DNA of 64,000 bases from Dokdonella sp. (GTDB taxonomy: Bacteria > Pseudomonadota > Gammaproteobacteria > Xanthomonadales > Rhodanobacteraceae): assembly GCF_019634775.1 (NCBI RefSeq), contig NZ_JAHCAS010000001.1, positions 1,616,894 through 1,680,893 of the forward strand. The letters run 5' to 3'. The notes beneath the pieces are model-generated. The model saw nothing but the letters and a program-made list of their open reading frames with translations. It did no database searches and was not told the DNA's origin. Positions 29,505-38,329 of this stretch are shown piece by piece (within the stretch, counting starts at the first letter, position 1; each line of letters opens with the position of its first letter). A program made the translations under genes and the position numbers.

Positions 29505-30407
29505 TCAGTTCGGTACGACGGTGCAGGTGAGCTTGGTTCCATCCCACGAGCAGATCATGCGACTGCCACTGGTCGAGCCGCTCGTGATGGTCACGCCCAT
29601 GCTCCTGAGGAAGGTGAGATAGGCGGCGAGATCGTTGCCATTCATGGGGTAATTTCCCTGGTATCCGGCTGCATTGCCTTCCACGACAGCGGATCCATTG
29701 GGATTTCTTGCGGAGTTCTTCACGACTTCGAACTTTCTCTCATTCACCTTGAAAACCACGGTCACCTTCGATCCATCCTTGAACGTGATATCGATGAAGA
29801 GTGTGCTGCTGAGGACGTTGAAGTTGCCAGCAACCATGGCGGCAACGGCCATCAAGTAGGCTGTGACCGTCTGATTCGATTGCTCGAGATTGTCAAGCAG
29901 GCTCGTTCTTATCTGGTAGTCGGAAAGGACGCCGTAAACGGAGTCGCCCTCCAGACCGACACCCGTGTTACCTCGATAATCGACTTGTATGTCGGATGCA
30001 TTGTTGCCGTTGAGGACATAGAAGTCATGCGCCGCATTGAATGCGGCAATCGCGCCTGCGGAAAGTTCCATGACGTCGGCGCGCAACGGGGCACCGAACG
30101 GACATGAGCTTGGTCCGGATTGAACGCTTGCATGTGGGACAAGCTTGCCGCCGCTGTCCTGCGACGAACGGTTCCCAATCCGGGTTCCCGGTCCGATGCT
30201 TTCAATGACATCGCCCTCGCAAACCACGTTGAATCCATGAACCGAGTTCGTGGAGAGGCTGAATATCCGATGTTGCCCTTTCCCCAGCTGGATGGCTTTG
30301 GAGGACATCTGGGAGTAGCTGCATCCCTCGCAAGGGACATCAGCCGCAAGGGCGGTCGTCGACGAGGCGAGCAAAATAAGAACACACAATGATTTTCCGA
30401 GATCCAT
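29505..30407 (-). CDS. Low-GC orphan secreted protein (~300 aa, Cys-containing), no family recognised
   Basis: ORF 29505..30494. The preferred start is ATG 30407, giving MDLGKSLCVLILLASSTTALAADVPCEGC.. (signal peptide). I counted 32/60 and 27/60 G+C in lines 29641 and 29701, against 42/60 in a core-gene line (20041). Confidence 0.65.
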   Translation of the reverse strand: MDLGKSLCVLILLASSTTALAADVPCEGCSYSQMSSKAIQLGKGQHRIFSLSTNSVHGFNVVCEGDVIESIGPGTRIGNRSSQDSGGKLVPHASVQSGPSSCPFGAPLRADVMELSAGAIAAFNAAHDFYVLNGNNASDIQVDYRGNTGVGLEGDSVYGVLSDYQIRTSLLDNLEQSNQTVTAYLMAVAAMVAGNFNVLSSTLFIDITFKDGSKVTVVFKVNERKFEVVKNSARNPNGSAVVEGNAAGYQGNYPMNGNDLAAYLTFLRSMGVTITSGSTSGSRMICSWDGTKLTCTVVPN

Positions 30408-30531
30408 GTGTAAAGTCCTGTTTGTATACGATGCTCCAATGACTCCTGCATGCTCTGCCGTGGCAAAAGCCGCCGATTCGGGCCGCACTTGCATCGTCCG
30501 GACCGAACCGGTCGGAATTTTTAGCTAATGC

Positions 30532-30541
30532 GGGGGGGGGG
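30532..30541. repeat. Homopolymeric G10 (C10 on the gene strand) tract
   Basis: Ten consecutive G at 30532-30541. This is confirmed by the overlapping ORF translation ..ASPPPA.. The tract lies 38 nt upstream of the longest start and 125 nt upstream of the preferred start of the low-GC gene. Confidence 0.9.
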
Positions 30542-30619
30542 CTGGCAACCATTGACTTCCTGGTCAACTCCTGAACGCGGAATCGCGGCCGGGTCATCCG
30601 AGGACGCGACGTGACACAT

Positions 30620-31213
30620 TCAGGTCGGCCGGCGGTCCTTCGGCAGGTGGTTGACCAGGAACTCCATCTGGTCGGCGAGGATGTTGCGGTTCGACAGGAT
30701 CAGGTGTTCGACCCAGCTCGGCCGGTACGGCACGGCGAGCAGCGGCATGTGCGCCTGCTGCGGCGTGCGGCAGCCCTTCTTCACGTTGCAGTGCAGGCAG
30801 GCCGTGACGACGTTCTGCCAGATGTCGCGGCCGCCCCTGGAGATCGGCACGACATGGTCGCGGGTCAGTTCGCCGCGCGTGAAGTGGTTGCCGCAGTACA
30901 TGCAGATCATGCGGTCGCGCGCGAACAGCGCCGGATTGGTCAGCGCCGGTGCCGGGTCGATGCCGTGCAGGCGCGCATGGCCGGTGCTGGCGACGATCGG
31001 GTGCAGTTCGAGCACGCTTTGCCGGCCGGACAGCCGGTTCATGCCGCCATGGATGGTCAGACAGGGGTCGCCGAGGGTCCAGGCGACCGCCCCGCGCACG
31101 TACAGGCAGGTCGCATCCTGCCAGGAGATCCAGTCCATGATGCGCCCGCTCGCGTCGAGCGAGAGCACGCGCGTGGCGTGGATGTCACCGATCGTGCGCG
31201 CGACTGCCTGCAT
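30620..31213 (-). CDS. HNH endonuclease family protein
   Basis: ORF 30620..31291 starts at TTG; the first ATG is at 31213 (MQAVARTIGD..). The C-terminal half reads CMYCGNHFTRGELTRDHVVPISRGGRDIWQNVVTACLHCNVKKG, an HNH motif with CxxC...CxxC zinc ligands. Confidence 0.8.
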   Translation of the reverse strand: MQAVARTIGDIHATRVLSLDASGRIMDWISWQDATCLYVRGAVAWTLGDPCLTIHGGMNRLSGRQSVLELHPIVASTGHARLHGIDPAPALTNPALFARDRMICMYCGNHFTRGELTRDHVVPISRGGRDIWQNVVTACLHCNVKKGCRTPQQAHMPLLAVPYRPSWVEHLILSNRNILADQMEFLVNHLPKDRRPT

Positions 31214-31410
31214 TCGGTCCTCCTCGATGGGGCCGGATCCGCGGCATGCGCGGACATGGCCGGCTTGCGAAGCTGGCGCAGCATAGACCAAGTCGATGGC
31301 GGATTTGCAACACCTTGTGGCCGGGAACCCCCATCGCCGTCATGCCGGCTATGGGTGTCACCAAGGCGACAACGGGCGACGGGGCATGCGGCAAACCCTG
31401 CGGAGCATCC

Positions 31411-31893
31411 CTACCGCAATGGCTTGACCATGCGCACCGCTTCGACGCCGAAGCCGAACTCCTCGTACAAGGCTATGGCCCGCGTGTTGCCCGGGAACGC
31501 GGCGAGGCCGAGGTATTTGCAGCGGTGCTCGCGCGCCCAGCGTTCGGCATAGGCGAGCAGGGCGCGGCCGACGCCCTTGCCGTCGTGGCCGTCGGCGACG
31601 GCGAGGTCGGAAATGTGGCAGTTCGGCGCGCCGGAAAAGAAGTCGATGTTGGTATGCAGATGCAGGAAGCCGACGCGCTCGCCGTCGTCGTTCTCGGCGA
31701 CGAAGACATGGGTCCCGGCCGGCTGCTCGCTCAGGTGGCGGACGATGTCACGGCGAATGCCTTCCAGGTACTCGCCGCGGCGTCGCCATTTCGGCAGTTC
31801 GAAGCCGTCGACGAAGCGCGGTACCAGGCCGAGGATGAAGGCGTCGTCGTCGACGTCGGCCAGGCGGATGTGCAGGTCGGCTTCGGTGTCCAC
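31411..31893 (-). CDS. GNAT family N-acetyltransferase
   Basis: 160 aa. The acetyl-CoA loop is VADGHDGKGVGRALLAYAERWA, and the end ..NTRAIALYEEFGF is typical of GNAT proteins. Confidence 0.8.
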   Translation of the reverse strand: MDTEADLHIRLADVDDDAFILGLVPRFVDGFELPKWRRRGEYLEGIRRDIVRHLSEQPAGTHVFVAENDDGERVGFLHLHTNIDFFSGAPNCHISDLAVADGHDGKGVGRALLAYAERWAREHRCKYLGLAAFPGNTRAIALYEEFGFGVEAVRMVKPLR

Positions 31894-31920
31894 GGCGCGG
31901 CTCCGTGTCAGTTGTCGTGG

Positions 31921-33711
31921 TCAGCCAAACTGTACATCGGAGATGCCCATGAGCGTATCGGCTCCGGCCCGGATCGCCGCGCCGTGGCTGTGGATGCGCG
32001 GCAGGATCCGGCTGAAGTAGAAGCGCGCGGTCTGGCGTTTGCCCTCGCGGAAGTCGGTCGATTGTGCCGACGTGGTTGCGGCGAGCACGCTGCGTGCCCA
32101 GAAGTAGCCGAGCGCGACGTAGCCGGAATAGAACAGATAGTCGACCGCGGCCGCACCGACTTCGTCGGGGTTGGCTTGCGCCTTCCTGGCGATTTCCTGG
32201 GTCAGCTCGCTCCACTCGCGGGTCACGATGGCGAGCGGGGCGACGAATTCGCCGAGGTCCGGGTTGGCCGCGTGCTCCTGGCAGAACGCCGAGATCTCGC
32301 CGAGGAAGTGCTTGAGGCCGGCGCCGCCGGTGGCGAGCACCTTGCGGCCGAGCAGGTCGTTGGCCTGGATCTGCGTGGTGCCTTCGTAGAGCGTGGTGAT
32401 GCGCGCATCGCGCGCGTACTGCTCGACGCCGGTCTCGGCGATGTAGCCGTGGCCGCCGAAAACCTGCACGGCGTCGTAGGTGCACTCCTGGGCCAGCTCG
32501 GTCAGCAGGCCCTTGACGATCGGGGTGAGGAACGAAACGAGCTCGTCGCCACGCTTCGCCTCTGCTGTGTCGGCCGAATGGGTCGAGATGTCGTGCTGCA
32601 GGTAGGCGTAGAGAGCAAGCAGACGACCGCCTTCGGTGAATGCCTTCTGGGTCAGCAGCATGCGCCGGATGTCCGGGTGCACGATCAGCGGATCGGCCGG
32701 CTTGTCGGGGAACTTCGGCCCGGTCAGGGCACGCATCTGCAGGCGTTCGCGCGCATAGGCCAGCGCGTTCTGGTAGGCGCGCTCGCTCAAACCAAGGCCC
32801 TGCACGCCGACCGCCAGACGCGCGGTGTTCATCATGGTGAACATCGCATTGAGGCCCTTGTTCGGTGCACCGATGAGCCAGCCTTCGGCACCGTCGAAGT
32901 TCATCACGCAGGTAACCGACGCCTTGATGCCCATCTTGTGTTCGATCGAACCGACCGCGAGCGCGTTGCGCTCGCCGACCCTGCCCTCTTTGTCGACCTT
33001 GAACTTGGGCACGATGAACAGCGAGATGCCTTTCACCCCCGGCGGCGCGTCGGGCAGGCGCGCGAGCACGAGGTGGACGATGTTTTCGGTGAGGTCGTGC
33101 TCGCCGGCGGTGATGAAGATCTTGGTGCCGCTGACGCGGTAGCTGCCATCGGCGGCCGGTTCGGCGCGCGTTTTCAGCAGGCCAAGGTCGGTGCCGCAAT
33201 GCGGTTCGGTCAGGCACATCGTGCCGGTCCAGCGGCCATCCGTGATCGGCTTCAGGAACACTTCCTGCTGCCAGGCTTCGCCGTGCGCCTTTAGCGCCTC
33301 GACCGAGCCGTGCGAAAGCATCGGGAAGTTGCCCCACGATACGTTGGCCGCGTCGATGAACTCCTTGACGATCGCGCCGATCGTCTCGGGCAGGCCCTGG
33401 CCGCCGAACTTCTCCGGCGTGGTCAGGGTCGACCAGCCGCCGTCGACGTAGGTCGCATAGGCCTCCTTGAACCCCTTCGGCGTGGTCACGCTCGCGCTTG
33501 CCTTGTCGAGCAGGCAGCCTTCCTGGTCACCACTGTGGTTGATCGGTGCGAGCACCTGCTCGGCGAATTTCGCTGCTTCCTCGAGCACAGCGTCGACGAT
33601 GTCGGGCGTGGCCGATTCGAGGCCGGGCAGGCGTTGGAACAGCGCATCGGCGCCGAGCACCTCGTTGAGCGCGAAGCGGACGTCGTTGATTGGGGCGGCG
33701 TAACGGGTCAT
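31921..33711 (-). CDS. Long-form acyl-CoA dehydrogenase (~596 aa, FadE/DmdC-like)
   Basis: N-terminus MTRYAAPINDVRFALNEVLG. Other motifs: WTGTMCLTEPHCGTDLG, QVFGGHGYIAETGVEQYARDARITTLYEGTTQIQ. The extra C-terminal helical domain is typical of this subfamily. Confidence 0.9.
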   Translation of the reverse strand: MTRYAAPINDVRFALNEVLGADALFQRLPGLESATPDIVDAVLEEAAKFAEQVLAPINHSGDQEGCLLDKASASVTTPKGFKEAYATYVDGGWSTLTTPEKFGGQGLPETIGAIVKEFIDAANVSWGNFPMLSHGSVEALKAHGEAWQQEVFLKPITDGRWTGTMCLTEPHCGTDLGLLKTRAEPAADGSYRVSGTKIFITAGEHDLTENIVHLVLARLPDAPPGVKGISLFIVPKFKVDKEGRVGERNALAVGSIEHKMGIKASVTCVMNFDGAEGWLIGAPNKGLNAMFTMMNTARLAVGVQGLGLSERAYQNALAYARERLQMRALTGPKFPDKPADPLIVHPDIRRMLLTQKAFTEGGRLLALYAYLQHDISTHSADTAEAKRGDELVSFLTPIVKGLLTELAQECTYDAVQVFGGHGYIAETGVEQYARDARITTLYEGTTQIQANDLLGRKVLATGGAGLKHFLGEISAFCQEHAANPDLGEFVAPLAIVTREWSELTQEIARKAQANPDEVGAAAVDYLFYSGYVALGYFWARSVLAATTSAQSTDFREGKRQTARFYFSRILPRIHSHGAAIRAGADTLMGISDVQFG

Positions 33712-33745
33712 GGGAATCGCTCCGGAAGAATGCGGTGCAGGCGCA

Positions 33746-34189
33746 TCAGCGCCAGGTGTCGGCGAGGCCGGGGACGGGCGAGAGGCGGCTGCTGCGCTCG
33801 AACGGGAAATCGCCCTTCGGCTCGCGGCTGGTGATGCGGCCCTTCAGCTCATACCCGAAGTCGGCGGCGACAAGGGTCGAACCCGCGGCGGGCATCAGGC
33901 GTACTTCGAACACGTCGGCGCTCTCGGGGGCGATGTCGAGATCGAGCGCTTCGTCGATTCGGCCGATTTCGCGGCCAGTCACGGTCAGCGTCGCGGTCAG
34001 GCGGTTGAAGGTCATCGCCACGTTGCTGAAGTTCTGCAGGCGCAGACGCAGGCGCCAGTGGCCGTCGGGCTGCACGGCAAGTTCCTGGATGCTCGCGGTC
34101 GGGGCACTCACGCGCTTGACCGGACCGCCGCCGCAAGCGCTGGCGAGAAGGAGGACGAACAGCGCGGCAAGGACGTTGCGCAGCGACAT
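33746..34189 (-). CDS. Small lipoprotein, LEA-2 / WHy-like (tentative)
   Basis: 147 aa with lipobox LLLASAC-G. The beta-rich body (LRLRLQNFSNVAMTFNRLTATLTVTG) resembles LEA14-like domains. The family call is from memory only. Confidence 0.55.
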   Translation of the reverse strand: MSLRNVLAALFVLLLASACGGGPVKRVSAPTASIQELAVQPDGHWRLRLRLQNFSNVAMTFNRLTATLTVTGREIGRIDEALDLDIAPESADVFEVRLMPAAGSTLVAADFGYELKGRITSREPKGDFPFERSSRLSPVPGLADTWR

Positions 34190-34255
34190 GGCGGGCCTCG
34201 AACGATCGTTTGAATGTCGCCTAGCGTAGCCGGTTCGCCCGGCTGCGCAAAGCGG

Positions 34256-34936
34256 TCAGCGGATCGCTGTGCCGTGCATTGCAGCAAAGGTGTCGACGGC
34301 GCATTGGCCGCCCACGCGGCCGGCCTCGAGCAGGACCACCTGGTCGGCCAGGGCGACCACTTCCTCGGGCTGGTGTGTGACCAGCAGGCTGGCGACCCTG
34401 AACTCACCCTTGAGTCGGCGCAGATGCTCGAGCACCTGCGCGCGCGCCTCGCGATGCAGGCCGGTCAGCGGCTCGTCGAGCAACAGGATGCGCGGTCGCG
34501 ACATCAGTGCGCGACCGATCGCCACGCGCTGGCGTTCGCCGCCCGACAGCGTGCCGGGGCGGCGCGCGAGCAGGGGGCCAAGTTCGAGCAGGTCGACCAG
34601 CATGGCGAAATCATCCGCGGCGCGGCGGCGCGCGCGCGTGCCATAGAGCAGGTTCGCGCGCACATCGAGGTGCGGGAACAGGCGGTCATCCTGGAACACG
34701 TAGCCGATGTCGCGCGCAGCCGGGGCCAGGGAGATGCCAGCCGCGCGGTCGAACAGGCATTGGCCGTCGAGCACGATGCGTCCCTGCTGTGGTTCGAGCA
34801 GGCCGGCGATCGCGTTCAGCACGCTGGTCTTGCCCGCACCGGAATCGCCGAACAGGGCAAGCGCGCGCGCCGGCGAGGCGAAGGCAACCTCGATGGCGAG
34901 ATCGCGCAGCGCATGCGTGATGGCGACCTCAATCAT
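34256..34936 (-). CDS. modC: Molybdate ABC transporter ATP-binding protein (short form, no TOBE domain)
   Basis: Starts at ATG 34936 (MIEVAITHAL..) within ORF 34256..34999. Walker A is GDSGAGKTS, the signature is LSGGERQRV, and Walker B is ILLLDEP. It is only ~226 aa and overlaps the modB stop by 8 nt. Confidence 0.85.
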   Translation of the reverse strand: MIEVAITHALRDLAIEVAFASPARALALFGDSGAGKTSVLNAIAGLLEPQQGRIVLDGQCLFDRAAGISLAPAARDIGYVFQDDRLFPHLDVRANLLYGTRARRRAADDFAMLVDLLELGPLLARRPGTLSGGERQRVAIGRALMSRPRILLLDEPLTGLHREARAQVLEHLRRLKGEFRVASLLVTHQPEEVVALADQVVLLEAGRVGGQCAVDTFAAMHGTAIR

Positions 34937-35621
34937 CGCGGCGGCGCCTCCACGCGGTGCCGCCGAGCACGGCGGCGGCGAGGGTGGCCGCGATCGCAAC
35001 GGCGAAGGCGACCAAGGTCAGGCGCTGCACGCCGGGCATGCCGCCCGGCACGTTCATCAGTTCGTAGATTGCGATCGGCAGCGTGCGCGTCTCGCCGGGA
35101 ATGTTCGAGACGAAGCTGATCGTCGCGCCGAACTCGCCGAACGCGCGCGCGAAGGCGAGCACGCAGCCGGCGACGATGCCGCGCACCGACAGCGGCACGA
35201 CGATCGTCACGAAGCGTCGCCAGGCGCCGGCACCGAGCGTCTCGGCGGCGCGTTCGAGGCGACGGTCGACGCCGTCGAAGGCGACGCGGATCGACAGCAC
35301 CAGCAGCGGAAATCCCATCACCGCGGCGGCGAGCACCGCGCCGGTCCAGCGGAACGCAAAGACGATGCCGAACTGCGCGAGCCATTCGCCGATCATGCCG
35401 TGGCGGCCGAACAGCACGAGCAGGGCGTAGCCGGTGACGACCGGCGGCAAGGTCAGCGGCAGGAACAGCAGCGCCTCGACCAGCACGCGCCCCGGAAAGC
35501 GCACGCGCGAGAGCAGCCAGGCCAGGCCGAGTGCGAACGGCAGCGATACGAGCACACTGATGCCGGCCACGCGCAGGCTCAGCGCAAGTGCTTGCCATTC
35601 CTCGGGCGCGAGCGCGGTCAC
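34929..35621 (-). CDS. modB: Molybdate ABC transporter permease
   Basis: 230 aa with a GTG start (35621) that overlaps the modA stop as GTGA. The EAA-like loop is LERAAETLGAGAWRRFVTIVVPL. It has five to six TM segments. Confidence 0.9.
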   Translation of the reverse strand: MTALAPEEWQALALSLRVAGISVLVSLPFALGLAWLLSRVRFPGRVLVEALLFLPLTLPPVVTGYALLVLFGRHGMIGEWLAQFGIVFAFRWTGAVLAAAVMGFPLLVLSIRVAFDGVDRRLERAAETLGAGAWRRFVTIVVPLSVRGIVAGCVLAFARAFGEFGATISFVSNIPGETRTLPIAIYELMNVPGGMPGVQRLTLVAFAVAIAATLAAAVLGGTAWRRRRDD

Positions 35622-36382
35622 CGTGTCGGCACGTCGAAGCCGTGGCGCTCGAACACCGCTTTCGCCCCGGCCGAGTGCAGCAGGGCGAGCAGTGCGCGCG
35701 CGGCCGGCGTGTCGTGTTCCTTCAGCACGGCGACCGGATAGACGATCGGCGCGTGCGTCGATGCCGGAAACGTGTCGACCACGCGCACCCCCGATTCGGA
35801 GACCGCATCGGAGCGGTAGACGATACCGAGCGGCACCTCGCGGCGCACGACGAAGTTGAGCGCGGCGCGCACGTTGTCGGCGGCGACCAGGCGCATCGAT
35901 ACCGCATCCCAGGCACCGAGCGCAGTCAGTGCGGCCTTGGCGTACTTGCCAGCCGGCACGCTGTGCGGTTCGCCGACGGCGAGGCGGCCGTCGGTGCCGA
36001 GCGCGGCGGCGAGGTCGACGCCGTGGACGAGTCCGACTTCGATGTCCGAGTCGTCCGGCGCGACCAGCACCAGCGAGTTGCCGAGAAGGTTCGTGCGCGT
36101 GCCAGGCGTGAGCAGGCCGGCCTCGTCGATGACATCCATCCAGTCCTGGTCGGCGGAAATGAAGACCGCCGCCGGCGCGCCGGCCTGGATCTGCCGGGCG
36201 AGCTGCGACGAAGCGGCATAACTCGTCCTGATCGTGCCGATGCGTTGCGCGTCTGGCGTAATCAGAATCGAGTCGAGCGCGGGCTTCAGGCTGGCCGCGG
36301 CGAACACGAGCACGTCAACGGCGTACGCGCGTGGGCTGGACAGCGCGAGTGCGCAGGCGAGCAGGGCCACCAGGCGTGACAT
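35618..36382 (-). CDS. modA: Molybdate-binding periplasmic protein
   Basis: Starts at ATG 36382 (codon 142 of ORF 35618..36805): MSRLVALLACALALSSPRAYA, then VLVFAAASLKPALD..., SYAASSQLARQIQAGAPAAVFISAD, which are ModA hallmarks. Confidence 0.9.
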   Translation of the reverse strand: MSRLVALLACALALSSPRAYAVDVLVFAAASLKPALDSILITPDAQRIGTIRTSYAASSQLARQIQAGAPAAVFISADQDWMDVIDEAGLLTPGTRTNLLGNSLVLVAPDDSDIEVGLVHGVDLAAALGTDGRLAVGEPHSVPAGKYAKAALTALGAWDAVSMRLVAADNVRAALNFVVRREVPLGIVYRSDAVSESGVRVVDTFPASTHAPIVYPVAVLKEHDTPAARALLALLHSAGAKAVFERHGFDVPTR

Positions 36383-36452
36383 CGGGGACGGTTCCCTCAT
36401 CGGGTGCGGATCGAGCCTGTAGCATACGGCGCTTTCACGGCGGAGCATCACG

Positions 36453-37037
36453 ATGACGGCGGCTGGCGGAACCCGCGGACGATCCTGCCACCATCGCGCT
36501 GGCAGGTTTTGGCTTGTGCTGTGCTGCGCGTGGCTGGTTGCGATGCCGTGCGTCGTAGCGGCCGACGCCACGGCGTCGGCCGCGCATCGCCATGTGCCGC
36601 TTGCCGCGAATGGGGCAACGACCGTGAGCATCGGCGGCAAGGTCGAGCGACCGCTCGTGCTCGACCGCGCTGCGCTCGCGGCCATGGAGCGCCGCACCTT
36701 GCGCGCCAGCATCCACGGCATCGAGGGCGAGTTCGGCGGCGTGCTCCTGGTCGACGTGCTGCGCGCCGCTGGCGCGCCGCTCGGCGAAACGCTGCGCGGC
36801 CGCAATCTTGCGCTCTACGTGCGTGTCAGTGCGGCCGATGGGTTTCGCGTCGTCTACGCCCTCGCCGAGCTCGACCCGAAGTTTCGCGATGACGACGTGC
36901 TGCTCGCCGACACGCGTGATGGCAAACCGCTCGATGCCGGTGAAGGGCCGTTCCGCCTGGTTGCCCCGGCCGAGAAACGCCCGGGGCGCTGGGTGCGCCA
37001 GGTCACGCGCATCGACGTGCTCGAAGCGGCGGAGTGA
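36453..37037 (+). CDS. Small periplasmic protein with oxidoreductase molybdopterin-binding-like domain
   Basis: 194 aa with a signal-like N-terminus. The body (GGKVERPLVLDRAALAAMERRTL...GFRVVYALAELDP...GPFRLVAPAEKRPGRWVRQVTRIDV) resembles short Oxidored_molyb-type proteins. It is divergent from modABC. Confidence 0.6.
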   Translation: MTAAGGTRGRSCHHRAGRFWLVLCCAWLVAMPCVVAADATASAAHRHVPLAANGATTVSIGGKVERPLVLDRAALAAMERRTLRASIHGIEGEFGGVLLVDVLRAAGAPLGETLRGRNLALYVRVSAADGFRVVYALAELDPKFRDDDVLLADTRDGKPLDAGEGPFRLVAPAEKRPGRWVRQVTRIDVLEAAE

Positions 37038-37099
37038 GGCCGCGCACGAAAGCAGGCCCCTTCTTATGATGGAAATTGCGAATGTCGACGCGCGCGGGA

Positions 37100-38002
37100 T
37101 CACTCACCCTGCGTATTCGCCCGGACGTTGAGGAACGGCACGGTGCCGCCCGGCACCATCGTCGTCGGCAGCACGCCGTTCCATTTCTCGGCCTGGGTCA
37201 GCGCGACGATGCCGGTGTTCTGCCTGAGCGCCTCGCCGCGTGCCTTGATCGCGTCGGCCTCGGCGATGCCGCGCACGCGGATCGCCTCGGCCTCGGCCTG
37301 CGCCTGGGCGAGCGCGGAGTCGGCGCGCGCCTTGGCCTGGGTCACGGTGATCTCCGCATTGATGCGTTCGGTCTCGAGGTTCTGCCGTTTGGTCTGGATC
37401 TCGACCTCGGCCATCATGCGCTTCTCGATCGACTGCTCGTAGGCATCCGAGAAGATCACTTCCTCGATCTGCACGCTGTCGACGACGACCGGTCCGGTGA
37501 CGGCCTTCTTCAGCGCCTCGTTGACGTCCATGCCGAACTTGGTGCGGTCCTGGATCGCCGAGATCGCGGTGTAGCGGCCGAACACGTTCTTGACCTCGTC
37601 GGGCACCTTGCGGCTGATCAGGCGCTCGACCATCTTGTCGATCGTGCCGTACTGCGAATACAGCTCCTCGACGCTGGCCTCGGGCACGCGGTAGCTGACC
37701 GAGATGCGCAGCGTGGCCGGCTGCTGGTCCTTGCTATAGGCCTCGACGCGTTCGTAGACGATGGCTTGGTTCTGCACCGAGATCTGCCGCACCGTGTCGA
37801 CGAACGGGATCTTGAAGTTGAGGCCCGGCTCGGCAATGCCGACCACGGCGCCATAGCGCAGCTTCACGCCGCGCTCGCCCTGGTCGACGGTGTACCAGCT
37901 GCCGAACACGATCGACAGCAGGAGCAGGCCGATCACGGCGAGGATGATGCCGACCACACCAAGGCGTTTCGGCAGGGTGAACGGGACGGCTGGTCGATTC
38001 AT
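37100..38002 (-). CDS. SPFH / band-7 (prohibitin-like) membrane protein
   Basis: 300 aa with an N-terminal TM (LGVVGIILAVIGLLLLSIVF). The SPFH core reads YTVDQGERGVKLRYGAVVGIAEPGLNFKIPFVDTV. An Ala/Glu-rich coiled coil follows (AKARADSALAQAQAEAEAIRVRG). Confidence 0.9.
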   Translation of the reverse strand: MNRPAVPFTLPKRLGVVGIILAVIGLLLLSIVFGSWYTVDQGERGVKLRYGAVVGIAEPGLNFKIPFVDTVRQISVQNQAIVYERVEAYSKDQQPATLRISVSYRVPEASVEELYSQYGTIDKMVERLISRKVPDEVKNVFGRYTAISAIQDRTKFGMDVNEALKKAVTGPVVVDSVQIEEVIFSDAYEQSIEKRMMAEVEIQTKRQNLETERINAEITVTQAKARADSALAQAQAEAEAIRVRGIAEADAIKARGEALRQNTGIVALTQAEKWNGVLPTTMVPGGTVPFLNVRANTQGE

Positions 38003-38329
38003 TCTTGGCTCCCCGGATGTGGATGGTGCGAAGCGCGCATCAGCGCCGCGAGCGGAAATCGTGCCAGAAGCCGATCGCGCCGCGGATCATCAGCGCGACG
38101 ACGACGAGACCTCCGAAAACCTGGATCAGGACACCCATCTGGCTGGCTCCCCGTGCGACCGCGGAGCGGTCGTCGGCACCAATCTGAGGGCAATCCAGGC
38201 GCGGATCAAGCGCTGCAGGTCCCGGGTCGGGCGGTGCCCTGATCAGGCCCTTCGCGAGCGAAACTGCTCGCACAGCGCTTTGAGTCCGCGCGGGAGGCGT
38301 CAGTCACGATCCGAACGTTCGTGGCCCGC

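Noticed and set aside
24198-33294. Antisense giants: 24198..26081 (-) opposite GH5, 27435..29261 (+) opposite dxs, and 31246..33294 (+) opposite the acyl-CoA dehydrogenase.
   Set aside because: The opposite strands encode unmistakable GH5, Dxs and ACAD sequences. These ORFs are compositional artefacts.
36383-36452. Search for a ModE operator or a Moco riboswitch in the modA 5' region.
   Set aside because: I recognised no TATAT-N-ATATA-type ModE box and no riboswitch-like conserved helices in the 70-bp gap. The region is too short for a Moco riboswitch.
38040-38273. 77-aa minus ORF upstream of the SPFH gene, whose last 32 aa (MGVLIQVFGGLVVVALMIRGAIGFWHDFRSRR) look like a small TM peptide, perhaps an NfeD-like partner.
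   Set aside because: It is too short, and neither an RBS nor homology is recognisable to me. The N-terminal 45 aa are low-complexity. I cannot support it from sequence alone.
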